From Chiloscyllium plagiosum (Eukaryota): DNA of 64,000 nt. Position numbers and translations under genes: made by a program. This document shows, piece after piece, positions 26,101 to 39,100 of this stretch. The notes beneath the pieces are model-generated. The model was not told the origin of the DNA. It did not search any database and saw only the letters and a program-made list of their open reading frames with translations. Positions within the stretch are counted from its first letter, which is position 1, and every line of letters starts with the position of its first letter. The DNA lies in the NCBI RefSeq assembly GCF_004010195.1, contig NC_057718.1, positions 55,420,422 to 55,484,421 on the forward strand, given 5' to 3'.

Positions 26101-26575
26101 AATCACACTCTGCTATGCATGATGACTGATTGATTGATTGAATTTGAAGTACTTTTCCCCCTCCCAGATGTGCTGCAGTGTTTGAAGCTAAGATTCCAGA
26201 TGATCAGTTTTAAGCCTGAGTTCATCCAGCAACCAACACTTGCTGCAGATATGTTTACTGCAGCTCACAATGTGATTAGCCAGCTCCCACATCATACATC
26301 TGTAGTACATCACCTGCCCTATCATCTCTACTTAGTTACTTAATTAACTCATAAGTTTATATAAATTAATACATTTCTTAATACTTCTCTGCTGTGCTCT
26401 TTTTCAAACTTCATGCAGGTTTCCTTCCAGCCAACCACGTCACAGCTTCCTTGTGATTTCACTGCAGTTTTTTTTTGCAGCTACAGTGTGCCCCGAGTTT
26501 TATACTCCCTCTATGCAGCGGCTGCTGCTGCTCCTTCTGACTGCTCCCTGCAGACCAAGTTGCACTCCTGAGCTT
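23190..26575 (-). mobile_element. CR1 LINE with both ends present and an internal deletion
   Basis: ORF1 esterase motif RQVVVVGDSIIRGIDS, endonuclease/linker pieces, RT C-terminus RPHLEYCMQFWSPYLRKD; aatt duplication at 23186-23189 and 26576-26579. Confidence 0.85.
23358..24086. mobile_element. Non-autonomous Tc1/mariner-pogo (Tigger-like) DNA transposon
   Basis: 23-bp TIRs CAG(G/A)GGAACCTCGATTATC(C/T)GAA, TA duplication at 23356-23357 and 24087-24088; interrupts the CR1. Confidence 0.9.
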
Positions 26576-27078
26576 AATTTCATCTCAAACCTCCACATGT
26601 TAATTAGGGATATTTTGCAGAGTTGACAGGGCTGTTAATGTTGCTGTTTGCCCAATGCGAAGGTCAATGCTAAGTCTTCCACATTTTGTTGCTTGCTTTG
26701 TGGCAGTTTTGTTACAGCTGAGTGTCTTGCATGGCCATTTCAGAAGGCAATTAAGAGTCAACCACATTGCTATAGATCTGGATTGCGTATAGGTCAGACT
26801 AGGTGAGGATGGCAGATTTCCTTCCCTGAAAGATGTTGTGATAGGTTATTATGACAATCAGCTATGTTTGCATGGTCATTCAGCCAGCTTTTTAATTCCA
26901 GATTTTATTGAATTCAAATATCACCATCTACTGTAGCGGGATTTGAAACCATGCTTCTAAAGCATTAGACTGAGGCTCTGAAATAGTGACATTAGCAATG
27001 CGCCAAGATAGAGATTCAGCTAAGTAACAATCAAAACATAGGCTGTTCTTCTTTTTTATAAATTATATTTCTTTTCAG

Positions 27079-27453
27079 ATGTTGCAAGAGAGGTTCCGTG
27101 AATTTGCTCGTGATACTGGTAACATTGGCCAGGAGCGAGTTGACAGTGTGAATCGTATGGCTGATGAGCTGATTAATTCTGGACATTCTGATGCTGCCAC
27201 AGTTGCTGAATGGAAAGATGGACTCAATGAGGCTTGGGCTGATCTCCTTGAGCTTATTGACACCAGAACACAGATTCTAGCAGCTTCTTATGAGTTGCAC
27301 AAGTTTTACCATGATGCCAAGGAGATCTTTGGACGAATTCAAGACAAGCACAAGAAGCTTCCAGAGGAGCTAGGACGAGATCAGAACACTGTGGAAGCGT
27401 TGCAGAGAATGCATACAACATTTGAACATGACATTCAAGCTCTTGGTACTCAG
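27079..27453 (+). CDS. SPTBN1: Beta-II spectrin exon (MLQERFREFARDTG...HDIQALGTQ), ankyrin-binding repeat region
   Basis: cag acceptor, CAG|gtaaaa donor, 375 nt, phase 0/0. Confidence 0.97.
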
Positions 27454-28087
27454 GTAAAACATCTAACATTCTCAATATGATGATTAGAGTGCAAGTCTGA
27501 TACAACACATAAGGATATACTGTGAATTTATTTATAGCTTGAGGGTCCCATTACTCCAAATAAAGAAAATCACAAATGGAAAACTCATTTTTATTTATCT
27601 TACTTGAACATGTAGAAATGTATGTTTCTTCATTTGAAATAATTGGCCCATGTTATAAATGGATATATAAGTGGATTCTCCTGATTGCCCAATAAACTTT
27701 GACAGAAAATCTATAGAACCCCAGATAATCGCAATCATTAATCATTTTTCCTGCTGAAAGGAAATTATTTTCTCCTTTTAAAATTTAACTTCAACCCCAC
27801 ATAGCTACTTAATTTTATAAAGCACACACTGAATTAATATACAGGTGCAAAGCTTCCTTGCTATTTTTAACTTCAGCATCTGTTTTCTGGATGCTATTTT
27901 ATGGTTCCTATACTTGAAAATTTCACTTCCATCTTGAGATACAAAGAAAGCTGAAAGGGGCTGATCTCAGGAGATTTTTTGACACTTCTATTATTTTGTG
28001 TTGATTTTGGCATCCTATGCATGTGTATGGTAATAAATAATAGAACCAAACCTTTGCTGAGATCATCAGTTAATAATTTTAATTGTC

Positions 28088-28175
28088 GAGAGTATGGTGC
28101 TGGAAAAGCGCAATAGGTCAGGCAGCATCCGAGGAGCAGGAGAATCAACATTTCGGGCATAAGCCCTTCATCAGG
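28088..28175 (-). mobile_element. Short Penelope-derived hammerhead element (degenerate core)
   Basis: About 16-bp TSD aataattttaa(t/c)tgtc at 28072-28087 and 28176-28191; CTGATGA...GAAATGTT on minus. Confidence 0.75.
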
Positions 28176-29861
28176 AATAATTTTAACTGTCCAGCTTTAG
28201 ATCAGTACAGCTATAACATATACTCACCTCTTGGACACCAACATCCACATTATACTGAATTTCCTCTGTACTAATAAGACAACAGCCATAGATTGGACAT
28301 GCAAACCTTTTTAATGGAATATTCCATAGTAACAATACGTTTGTAAATTATCTTACACTTAAGTAGGGCTTCTAAGTTAAAATGGTATCACTGTGAGTTT
28401 TTGATGATCACTGCACAATGTGAGTACAAGATGCTGAAATGGTGTTGTTAAGACTGTAACCACCTGTCCAACATTCAAGAATGCAGCTCACCACCCACCA
28501 CTGTCTCAGCTGGTAAAGAACAATAGAGGCTGGCCTAGTCAGTCACACCCATTTCCCCATTGGCAATATTTTTGTAATTTTTAAAAAATGTATATTTTTC
28601 TAATAAAATTGCTTATGCTGAGGAGTGAGCTGAAGAGACCATTCACTTAAATCTTGCAGATGACACATACCAGGTGACCTTTTGTATGAATTGGTATATT
28701 TCCATTAAAGCTGCTTGATAACTGAGGATAAACATGATGCTTTTTAAATTAAAAATGACATTTCTTTTATTGGTCTGCATCTCCAGCAAAACAGAGTTGG
28801 TAACCTTGTACAGGACTCTCACAGTGTCATATTGAAATTGAAATCAAGAAACTGTACGTGTTTGACAGACCTTTCATTTGTCTCCATCTTTTGTGAGAAA
28901 GCAGCGGGTTTTCTCAATGTCTTGTCATGACTATGTGGCAGACTTGTGGCCTCACTGCAGGCATTGATAACTACAAACAACCACCTTGTGGTACACTGCA
29001 GATCAAATCACTTTAATACCCTTTATTGTCAACATTGTTCTGTAGTCGCACATACAATGAAGATCAAGCTGTCTTGCATTATATTAAAGCATACAGTGTT
29101 AATAAATATAGCAGAAAATTAATTTCATATTCTCAAAGAAGAATTTTGCAGTTGCCTTAAAGTATTCTCCTTAATTATTCACAATTATTGTATATCCTTT
29201 ACTGCAAATTAAAGATTGAAGTCAGAGGTTATTTGTTTTTCTCAACTTTACAATAGCTTCTATCTTAAGTATAATTTGAAGCATAATTGCATCTTTTATT
29301 AAAAAAATCCAAGGAAATATTTCAGAAGATCCTGAATATAAATTCAGAGGTTTAGAAAAAAACTTCTGTTGAGGGGGAGCGTTTACAATAATAGCCTTTA
29401 TAAATGATTTAATCATTTGATTTATGTAAAGTTATCTATTGTACTGATTTTTGACCATAGAAATACATGGAGTTATGAGATAAGAAATTGAGTGAAATAA
29501 ATTATGGAGATGTTAAATCACTAATACTTTTCTGTTTCTTGCTTCTAAGTGGAAAATGTGTAATTATTATGTGTGAATGTATACAAAGTATGTGCTTTGC
29601 AAACATTTTAATAATTTAAGTCTTTTAAAAGTGTGATTTTAGCATAAGTATTAGAACAAGATCAGCCATATAACTTTGAAAATACTGTTGTTATATGCTA
29701 CTTGTTTCAAAAAACACGTAGACCCGAGCTATCATGAAGTTACTGTTTTAATTTCTAATTGTTAGTTTTTACTTTGTTGTTGCATTTGTGATATGTGAAC
29801 CATGTGCTGTTTGTGATAAGAATAAAAGATTGCAGTACATTGCTGACATTTTTTATTACAG

Positions 29862-30106
29862 GTAAGACAGCTGCAGGAGGATGCTGCTCGACTTCAGGCT
29901 GCTTATGCTGGTGACAAGGCTGATGACATTCAAAAACGCGAAGCAGAAGTATTGGAAGCGTGGAAGACACTTCTTGATGCATGTGAAGCTCGGAGGGCAA
30001 AACTTTTTGATACTGGTGATAAGTTCCGTTTCTTTAGCATGGTGCGTGATCTGATGCTATGGATGGAAGATGTTATTCGGCAAATTGAAACCCAAGAGAA
30101 ACCAAG
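29862..30106 (+). CDS. SPTBN1: Beta-II spectrin exon ([24 protein letters not shown]...ETQEKPR)
   Basis: cag acceptor, AG|gtaaaa donor, 245 nt, phase 0/2; not in the ORF track. Confidence 0.95.
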
Positions 30107-30282
30107 GTAAAATGAATGTGCTAAGTTAAAGGCAGGGAGATAATAATTAGTAATTATTAGCTAGTATTTTGAACATTTTTGTTATCTAGGCTATCATTTC
30201 ATCCGGTATTTGATTTGTGCTTCAAATATTTTGTACAGTCATGATGCAGTAATTAGAGTATATATATTTTATCTTGTTTCAG

Positions 30283-30421
30283 AGATGTTTCATCAGTGGA
30301 ATTGCTAATGAACAATCACCAAGGCATCAAAGCTGAGATTGATGCCCGTAATGACAGTTTCACTACGTGCATTGAACTTGGCAAATCTCTCCTGGCAAGA
30401 AAACATTATGCATCTGAAGAG
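30283..30421 (+). CDS. SPTBN1: Beta-II spectrin exon ([24 protein letters not shown]...HYASEE)
   Basis: cag acceptor, GAG|gtagca donor, 139 nt, phase 2/0. Confidence 0.95.
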
Positions 30422-30949
30422 GTAGCACACCCCTTATCAGAACAATGTACTTAGTTCTGATGTTAAGATTGCTGATCACAATTTTGTCAGTTCTCATTGT
30501 AATTCAGTTACCTGGTCATTAAATATTAACTATAAAAATACAGCTAGTTTTACTGGTTTATTAGAACACAGGAGAATTTTAGTTATGCTGTAATGGTGTT
30601 TGAGTGAATTATTTACTTATGAAGTTCTAAGAAAGATGAGTACTGGGGAATAGAATACTCACTACTTTGAACACCATTAAAACACTCTCAAGCCAGATGG
30701 AACATTAACAGCACCAGGTGTTATTAGATGCTAGTTGTAGAAATGACTCTCAGTTTATATCGATATTTAAGGAGTTGACAACTTTTATTAAGTTCATTCT
30801 TTGCATAGATGTTTGTCTCAATTTCTGAATGAATGCTTCATTATTGTATTTCCTTGTAATATGAGAAAAGGAAGGCATTATGAAATGAATAGTAATACCA
30901 GTAAGGTTTATCCTACCACTACTTGAATTAATTCTCTTTTCACATATAG

Positions 30950-31034
30950 ATTAAAGAGAAATTGCTGCAACTAACGGATAAGAGGAAAGAAATGATTGAC
31001 AAATGGGAGGACAGGTGGGAGTGGCTCAGACTAG
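30950..31034 (+). CDS. SPTBN1: Beta-II spectrin exon (IKEKLLQLTDKRKEMIDKWEDRWEWLRL)
   Basis: tag acceptor, G|gtaaat donor, 85 nt, phase 0/1. Confidence 0.95.
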
Positions 31035-31300
31035 GTAAATACCAGCTATCATTCTTTCACAGCAGAAATCGTGATTAAGATTTTTTTGAATGTGTGCATT
31101 GTTCTACAATTGAATTCTTTGTAAGAATTTTTGGTCAATCTTTCTGACTATGTTGCAATGGAGAGCTTTTTATCAGAATATTTTGTCTTACAGTTGCATC
31201 TGATGTTGATTGCAAATCTGTGAACATTATTGCTTTGCAATTGCATTCTATCTTTAATTTGTGAATCCTCCTTTCAAGTTTCATTTTGCTTTTTGCTTAG

Positions 31301-31497
31301 TTTTGGAAGTGCATCAGTTTGCTAGAGATGCAGGTGTGGCAGAAGCCTGGCTTTTAGGCCAAGAACCATATCTATCCAGTCGAGAATTGGGTCAGAGTGT
31401 GGATGAAGTAGAGAAATTGATTAAGAGACATGAGGCATTTGAGAAATCAGCAGCTACATGGGATGAAAGATTTTCAGCATTGGAGAGACTGACGACA
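31301..31497 (+). CDS. SPTBN1: Beta-II spectrin exon ([17 protein letters not shown]...ALERLTT), partial repeat 17 / tetramerisation site
   Basis: tag acceptor, ACA|gtgagt donor, 197 nt, phase 1/0. Confidence 0.95.
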
Positions 31498-32324
31498 GTG
31501 AGTATATTTTATAAATAATCCCTTTTCAATACCCCATAAAAACATGTCATCAGTACAGATCTAGTGCTTCAATCATTTCTTAAAAATAACTAGTCAGCTT
31601 GACTTAGTTGGATTTTATTTTGGATTCTGGGCTAGAATGTTATTTGAGTCAAATGCCTTAATTTTAACTGATTTTCCAATTCTATACAGAGGTGATTTTC
31701 TCAAGTGCATGCTGAAATTCATTTGACATTTAATTGAAATAAAGCAGCACATTTTTCTGTAAAGCAATTAATTGTTCAATTAATCAAAAAGAGAGATTTC
31801 AGTGACATGATAGTGATGTGATATAGTTCTAATTATCTTCATAAATGCAAATTCAAATAGTATAGTCATAAAATCAGTTTTATGTTTTTAATAACTGAAC
31901 ATTAGCTTGTCTCTAGAATTCCTTTTTATTTTTGGAGTAACTTACAAAAAGAGAAACATTATTATTTCTATATTATTATTTATTATTATTTCTGTGAGAC
32001 AGGCCAAGAAAATGGGCATCCAGCAAAAGGGAAAAGAGAAACTTAGAGAACTTTATAACGGAAGGGATTTTAGACTTTTGAATTTGGGGCGGAAGACCGT
32101 AAGGTCGAGTGTGAGAACTTCTGTAGAATAGAGGCAAGGGGAAGATGTGAAGTAGACTAATGTCAGAAGAATGAAACAGTCATAAGGGGCAAATATAGCT
32201 AATGGAAATCTTTTGAGTTTAGAATGGTGAATCTGTGGAAAGATTTCAAGGTGAAGATAAACATTTTGAAATCAATTTTCTAGAGGACTGTATAGGCTTG
32301 GAAGGCAAGGAAGGCTGTACAGGC

Positions 32325-32665
32325 AAGGTAGGCAGGCAGGAGGCTGAAAGAACACAGCAAGCCAGGCAGCATCAGGAGATGGAGAAGTCGATGTTTCAGG
32401 TGAAACCCTTCTTCAAGAATGGGAGTGGGTGTAGCGGGAGCTGCACATAAAGGGGGTGGCAGGGTAGGGTGGTGAAGTAAGGATAGGTGAAGACAGGTAG
32501 AGGGTACAACCTGGTTGGTCATTGGGAGGAATGAATCCACTTGATGGCAGGCAGGAGTGGAAGGGATGGGGAGGGGCTGGGAAGGGGGTCAGGAGATGGG
32601 AAGGGAGGCTATTTGAAATTGGTGACCTCAATTTTGAGTCCTCCAGGCTGTAGGCTTGAATTTGT
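32325..32665 (-). mobile_element. Penelope-like 3' fragment with degenerate hammerhead
   Basis: Minus strand TTGAAGAagggtttcacctGAAACATC and the same downstream tail (gatgctgcctggcttgctg) as the other copies. Confidence 0.7.
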
Positions 32666-33011
32666 AGGATCTTGTGCAAATAAATAGGATCATAAAGTTT
32701 TGAATAAATTGTTTATAGAAATGAGAAGAATATTACAAATATCAGTCTGAGGATAAAATAAGTGTTAGAATTGTGGCAACAATGGGGCTGAGGCAGACTT
32801 CTGATACAAAGAATTTAATTTCACAAGTTCTGATACTGAGATTGTACCATGATGAATCTTGACAATTTTCTAATCAATTTATACATTTGACGAAAAAAAT
32901 AGACACATTCTGAATTTCAAAAGATTAAAACAAACCGAGAATAATGACCCATAACAGGCTTTATTATTTGAAATCATACAAATGTGAACCTTACATTTCT
33001 TCTTCTTACAG

Positions 33012-33118
33012 CTGGAACTGCTTGAAGTGCGGAGGAGGCAAGAAGAGGAGGAAAGAAAGAGGCAGCCATCCCCACAGCCAACCTCACAGCCTTCTGACGA
33101 GTCTGAATCACCACAACA
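33012..33118 (+). CDS. SPTBN1: Beta-II spectrin exon (LELLEVRRRQEEEERKRQPSP...ESPQQ)
   Basis: cag acceptor, CA|gtaaga donor, 107 nt, phase 0/2. Confidence 0.93.
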
Positions 33119-33929
33119 GTAAGATATTATGAAAGATTTAAATACAACTTTTTAAAAAGCTTTAGCTCTTTGGAAAGTAATAGTCACATTAATGTACTAA
33201 CTAATCACCGTACTTAATAATATTCAGTAGAATTTGAACAATGCTCAGACATTAAACATTTTGTAAGAGCTTGTGAGTGGAAGGGAATATCATTGCTTTA
33301 GTTTATTTGATCAAAAACAGTTAAGTTTATTTTGTTCCTCAAGCAGAATACAATAATTTCTTGCTTAACATTGCAGTTGCTTTTCTGAAAAGTATAACTC
33401 TAAATGAAACAGTACAAAGATTCGATTTTCCCGTTACAAGCAACATAAAAATTTTATTTAGAATTATTTAGACATTCATATCGGAATAAAGTATTAAAAC
33501 AGTTCATAAATGCAGCTCACCACTGCCTTCTCATAGGCAACTAAGTGTGGGCAATAAAGGCTGGTCCAGCAAGCAATGCCCACATTTCATGAATTAATTT
33601 TTTAAAATGTAATCTAAGTAACATAAAACAGAGAAACTTAAAGCAAAGACTGACTGTAGTCACTAAAGTGACTGTAGTCATCTATCCTCAGCCTCGTGAA
33701 AATGGCCAAGTACAGTATGAAGGCGAGACTTCTGGCCACTCCACCCAGTACTGTCTCTGTTTGGTCCCAGTCGTAAATTCATATGCCAGCTAAACATACC
33801 TAGTTGTAGTTTAAATATAAAATGATAAAGAGATATCCGCTTTACAGACAGAAAATTGTGTTTGCCCATGGATGTTCAATCGCTTGCATCTTATCTCATG
33901 AAGGTTTTCTCCTGTTTTCTTTTCCCCAG

Positions 33930-33996
33930 GGAAGGAGCTAGAGAAGGAGAACACGTTTCTCAGAATGGATTACCATCAGACCAGGAGTCCCCACGG
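33930..33996 (+). CDS. SPTBN1: Beta-II spectrin exon (EGAREGEHVSQNGLPSDQESPR)
   Basis: Strong pyrimidine tract + cag, CGG|gttagt donor, 67 nt, phase 2/0. Confidence 0.93.
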
Positions 33997-34083
33997 GTTA
34001 GTTACCGCTCTCAAAACTACCAAACCTACAAAAACTTTCAGAACAGACGAGCTGGCAGTGAATGGGCCCGATCTGGACTGTGA
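33997..34083 (+). CDS. SPTBN1: Alternative short C-terminus of the betaII-sigma2-type isoform (VSYRSQNYQTYKNFQNRRAGSEWARSGL*)
   Basis: In-frame read-through of the 33997 donor; closely resembles the recalled mammalian short tail VSYRSQTYQNYKNFNSRRTASDQPWSGL. Confidence 0.88.
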   Translation, partial: VSYRSQNYQTYKNFQNRRAGSEWARSGL

Positions 34084-35389
34084 AATTCAAACCAATCAGA
34101 ATGCAGTATTTGTACATTTTGAGACTAACCCATACACACATTCATTTCTCTTTAACAGATGCTTTTTTCATCTGCTTTGTTTATCAAAATCAGTTTAGTT
34201 AATGAGTAATCCTGCGAAGAGTATCCATTCATCTCAAGCATTCATACTGCTTTTGGTTCTCTGCCATAAATAATAGCCAGCAATGTATTTGGCAGCCTTG
34301 TATGATAAGAACATAAGAAATTGAAAATTTGTTTGTGAACTTCAGAGCTTGTAAGGGGGCATGGCTACATGATTAACCAAATAACCTTCCTGATGCAAGC
34401 AGCTTTTATATTGTAATTCATGAGACACGATGACTCCTTGTATTATTGGAACAGGTGAAAATTTTGTTTTGATGGGCAGCCATCCAAGTTTGAACTGGAG
34501 AGATGTGGGAATGGTCAAATATTCTCATCTTTTGTTACAATAAGCAATTAGCAAGGATTTAGCCATAATCTTCCTTTAGAAGACTGAATGACTGGCATGG
34601 AGTTTGAAGTAAGACAAATTATACCTGGTCTATGTAAGGAATGATTTTTATTGTTCCTTGTTTTATGCTATATAATTCAGCTTCTGGGAGCAATTAGAGT
34701 GACTGAAAGTACTGAGAGTTGGAAAATGTTGTTTAGCAACAGGGTCATTAATCATCTGTCACAGCAAAACATCCTAATTAAGGGTTACAACAATCAATTC
34801 TGTGATTCTGTGGAAACATGAGCTCATTTGAAAAACAATGTTGTAGCTAACCTCACCAGATACAACACGATCAGCTCATTTTATAGCTTTATTAGTGCTC
34901 CTTGCAGAGCTGAAACCTTACACATACAGTCTATTGAAGTAAGCAGTGGCATCAGCAGTGCAATTGGAGTATGTGGTGAATAGAACTAATCCAAAACATA
35001 CAGCCTTGAAGGAACTGTACTATAAATACAAAGGGGTACAACCACAGAGATAAATTGCTGACAGCTTTGAAATGATTGCATCGGTTTTTTTATCTTTGCA
35101 CATGTAGTTATTATGAGATGGTGGTGTCAAATTGATTGGTGATGTTAGATGGTTAAGCTTAGTAACACAAAGACACAAAACAGGCAAATAAAAGAAACAA
35201 TGGCTGCATGAAGCATTAACAAGGACAATTATTCTGTGTTACTGTCAAGAACATCCTCCCCAGAAGGTGGCAGTGCATTATACCTAGCAGGAGGTGGTAA
35301 TAAACTGGACTGCCTACAACATCTGGAAATGGGGTGCATGAGAAGACAGTGATCTTTCGTCTTAAATGCATCATTCTTGTTCAATAGTT

Positions 35390-36120
35390 AGACTCATAGA
35401 GGTGTACAGCACGAAACAGACCCTTCAGTCCAACTCATCCATGTGGACCAGATATCCCAACCCAGTCTAGTCCCACCTGCCAGTACCTAGCCCATATCCC
35501 TCCAAACCCCTCCTATTCATATACCCATCCAGATGCCTTTTAAATGTTGCAATTGTACCAGCCTCCACCACTTCCTCTGGCAGCTCATTCCATACACATA
35601 CCATCCTCTATGTGAAAAAGTTGCCCATTAAGTATCTTTTTTATATCTTTTCCCTCTCACCCTAAACCTATGCCCTTTAGTTCCGGACTTCCCCATTCCA
35701 GGGAAAATATCTTGTCTATTTATCTTATAATGCCCCTCATGATTTTGTAAACCTCTATAAGGTCACCCCTCAGCATCTGACACTTTAGGGAAAACAGCGC
35801 TAGCCTATTTAATCTCTCCCTATTGCTCAAATCCTCCAAACCTGGCAACATCCTTGTAAATCCTTTCTGAACCCTTTCAAGTTTCACAACATCTTTCCAA
35901 TAGGAAGGAGACCAGAACATTCCAACAGTGGCCTAACCAAAGTCCTGTACAGCTGCAACATGACCTCCCAACTCCTATACTCAATAATCTGACCAATAAA
36001 GGAAAGCATACCAAGCGCCTTCTTCACTATCCTATCTACTGCAACTCCACTTTCACGGAGCTATGAACCAGCACTCCAAGGTCTCTTTGTTCAGCAACAC
36101 TCCCTAGGACCTTACCATTC
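35390..36120 (-). mobile_element. CR1/HER1-type LINE 3' fragment
   Basis: FWSPSYWKDVVKLERVQKGFTRMLPGL...LRGDLIEVYKIMRG on minus. Confidence 0.9.
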
Positions 36121-39100
36121 ATTCCACAGATTGGTGCCTGTTTTCTATTCTGCATTTACAGGCAAACCTGTCTGACTGTCAGAATCTTGATGCTTCTGTT
36201 TTATAACATGTTTACGTATTTCAGAATAGGTAGTCACTATGCATAAACAATTGAAAACCTAGCCCCACAATCATTGTCTTCATGTTGGACATGTGACAAT
36301 AATCTCTTCCACTTAAGAAAATGTTCCATGCAGTGACATACAGTAGACACATCAAGGTATGTGGTGTGAAGGAAATATTTGTAAAGTTCTGGCTTTGCTG
36401 AGCAAAACATCATTCACCAGGAATAAGCCACAAATATACCAATTGATAACTACAACGACTTTTGCGATGCTAGTAATGCCACAACTATGTTAAACATTTA
36501 CTGCAGGGTCAAATCCCTGTTCAGTTCACCTGTTGCTCAGTAAGGCACTCATCCGTACTGGAGGTTTTGTGTCGCATTCTACCTTCTGATCTCTTTTTCA
36601 TCTTCTACATATCAACTATTTAAAAAATTATTTGAAGTGTTTTAAAAGCAAGTTTTTGTGAAGGTATTTATTTTAAAAATGGTTCAGTGGTTTTCAAGAA
36701 GTAAGTACAGTTCTTAAATTTGAAACACATCTAACAAACCACTGCTTTCATTCCCATTCCAAATGGAATCCACAACAAAGGAAGGGCAGACTTGGTACAA
36801 ATATGTCCAAATTGTAGTAGGTGGCAGTTTAAATGTAATGTGAGTGAAATCTAGATACTGTATGTTTCATGCATGTAAAAAATGTAGGTACAAATATTTT
36901 GCTCCCTCAAAAATAGCAAGGAACTGAATTGCAGATCCAATAGAAATTAGAATCGTGTCTGCTCTCCTAATTCAGTACTCCCTTTGGAACAGTTGCCTAG
37001 CTGCTCTCCTGAATTACTGTGCAGCATTTTATCAGACTGAACAATCACGTATCTACATAACACAGTAACCTTGTTTATACTATTAATGGACAATAGGCCA
37101 TATTATTCCATTGACATAACGTCAAATGCTAAGGCTGTTAACTCTGGTTCTATTTGTGTGTTTCAGAGAAAATTACTTTATCCTCTATTGAGGTGTTTGC
37201 ATAATTAAAGTGGGTTAAAAAGGTTGATTGAAGGTTGCCTGCAAAGAGATGCCAGGTAGACGAATTACGTAAAGCTCATTATTATACCAATGTAATGCCA
37301 GGATTCTCTTATCTATAGCATAGGTTTTACTTAACATCAGCAAAAATAAAACAAACAACATTGTATTTGTAAGCTTTGATTTCTGATCTACGGTTTTTAC
37401 TGTGAATATTTCTCTTAATCAAATTGACAAATAATGCCTAACTAATAAAGTGGCTGCCCCAGATGTGATGGAGATTATTTCATAAAACTGATGAGTGTTG
37501 TTCAGTGTCTACACAGTAAGACCAGTCATACTCCAGATAATCTGAGTGATGCATTAAATATATCTATCACTATTTAATATGGTCCCCAGGAGGGAAATAC
37601 TTAAGATAATGGTTTTATGTTTTATTTCTGGCTGGTGCTGACATCAGGGGAAAGCAAAATTCAGCACATTCCAGTCACTTATAAATTATTTCTGAAAAGA
37701 GATTTGGTAACAACAAATTTTGGCAACGCCAAAGTGTCAGCAGACTTTTAAGCTTACTGTCAGCTTTTTAAGTTTTAACGGTTATTTTTAATTTGGTCTT
37801 TCAATTTTTCAAGCAAAAACTATTTTTGCTTAAAAGCAGATAAAATTCAACATATGAAAGAGAATATATACTGTTTAAGTGAACTTAGTGTCAGTGACAG
37901 TGGTTTTCTGCATTCTGATTGCAGCAATGATTTTCCTTACTGCAGGAAAATATGTCTTGAGTAGTTTACATGAAATTCGAGATATTGAGCACTAAGCTGA
38001 GAAGGATTTATTAATAAATTGCTAGCAAGTTTGAAAGCCACTCATACAAGCGATAGTCATCAAGGCTTTATCTTATATTCAAATAACATGAAGCACATTA
38101 ACATCACTAAACAGAATCCAGAGCTATTAGTGTATTTTTTTCCTGAATCAAATATTGCAAAGCAACAAAACTAGGTTTTAAAACTTCCTCCAAATATACA
38201 TTAAATAACAAATACTAAAATACTAAATTTTATTCATGTTTATTATATGAGTACGTGTAGCATTTTTGTACATACAGTGGAGTTATCATTTTGAATTATT
38301 TTCATATTCTCCATTGTAGCTAAATTACAATCAATTTATCACTTTACTATCAATTGATTCAAATGAATTAGTTACTTCTCTCCCTTGTATCATCTTCTCT
38401 GTACCTTGCACTTTGTTGTTGCAATATTAATATTTTGTGTTTTCTCTGTGATGATGATGAATTATGCACATCGATATAGGAGCTCTGTTTGGAGGAATGA
38501 TTCATAAAAGACTTCAATGGTGAACATCTTATATGTTGGCAATTTCATTGAATGAGTTGTGTTGAAACCTTAAAATTCTGGTAACAAAATTAACTTTTGA
38601 GTAGTACATCTTGATTCTGTTTAATAGCGGTTAAGTCAAAATTTGATGGAGTTCTAAGCAAATTGTTAATAATTTACTCTACATTTTTAAATATAAGAAT
38701 CAGTCAGTTCTCAAATATTCAAAGTTCCTTTTAAGTCTGGTTTTATTCTTCAGCAGCTGGAAGGATCAAAGCTTGTGTGATTTGCCAATCTATATCTCAT
38801 TTAAATAACATTTATTGAAATTTAATTTAGGCCCAATTTAAACTTTCTCTTTTGGGTGTTTGCCATTTAATTTTTTTCAAATGTAATCTGTCTTTGAACC
38901 ACTTTAATTGTTTTGTGCTCGCAAAGTTTGTTGATACGTTTTATTTTCGCCTTTAATCACAGGCTGTTCTTACTGCATGTTTGTTCATTTTGATTCAATT
39001 GTTAGTTATTGACTAATTGAACATTAAAGCATTGCTACTAACACACATGAATGGAACAATTCTGACATTAGTTTTGATTCTGTTGTAACTGTCACTTGAT

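Larger units (their letters stand above)
22780..27010 (-). mobile_element. Old LINE (CR1/L2 group) 5' region and endonuclease start, split by a younger CR1
   Basis: Removing 23190-26579 restores in-frame minus-strand NMWRFEMKLGQLSHRSVKQQPDIV (APE endonuclease N-terminus-like); outer boundaries approximate. Confidence 0.65.
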
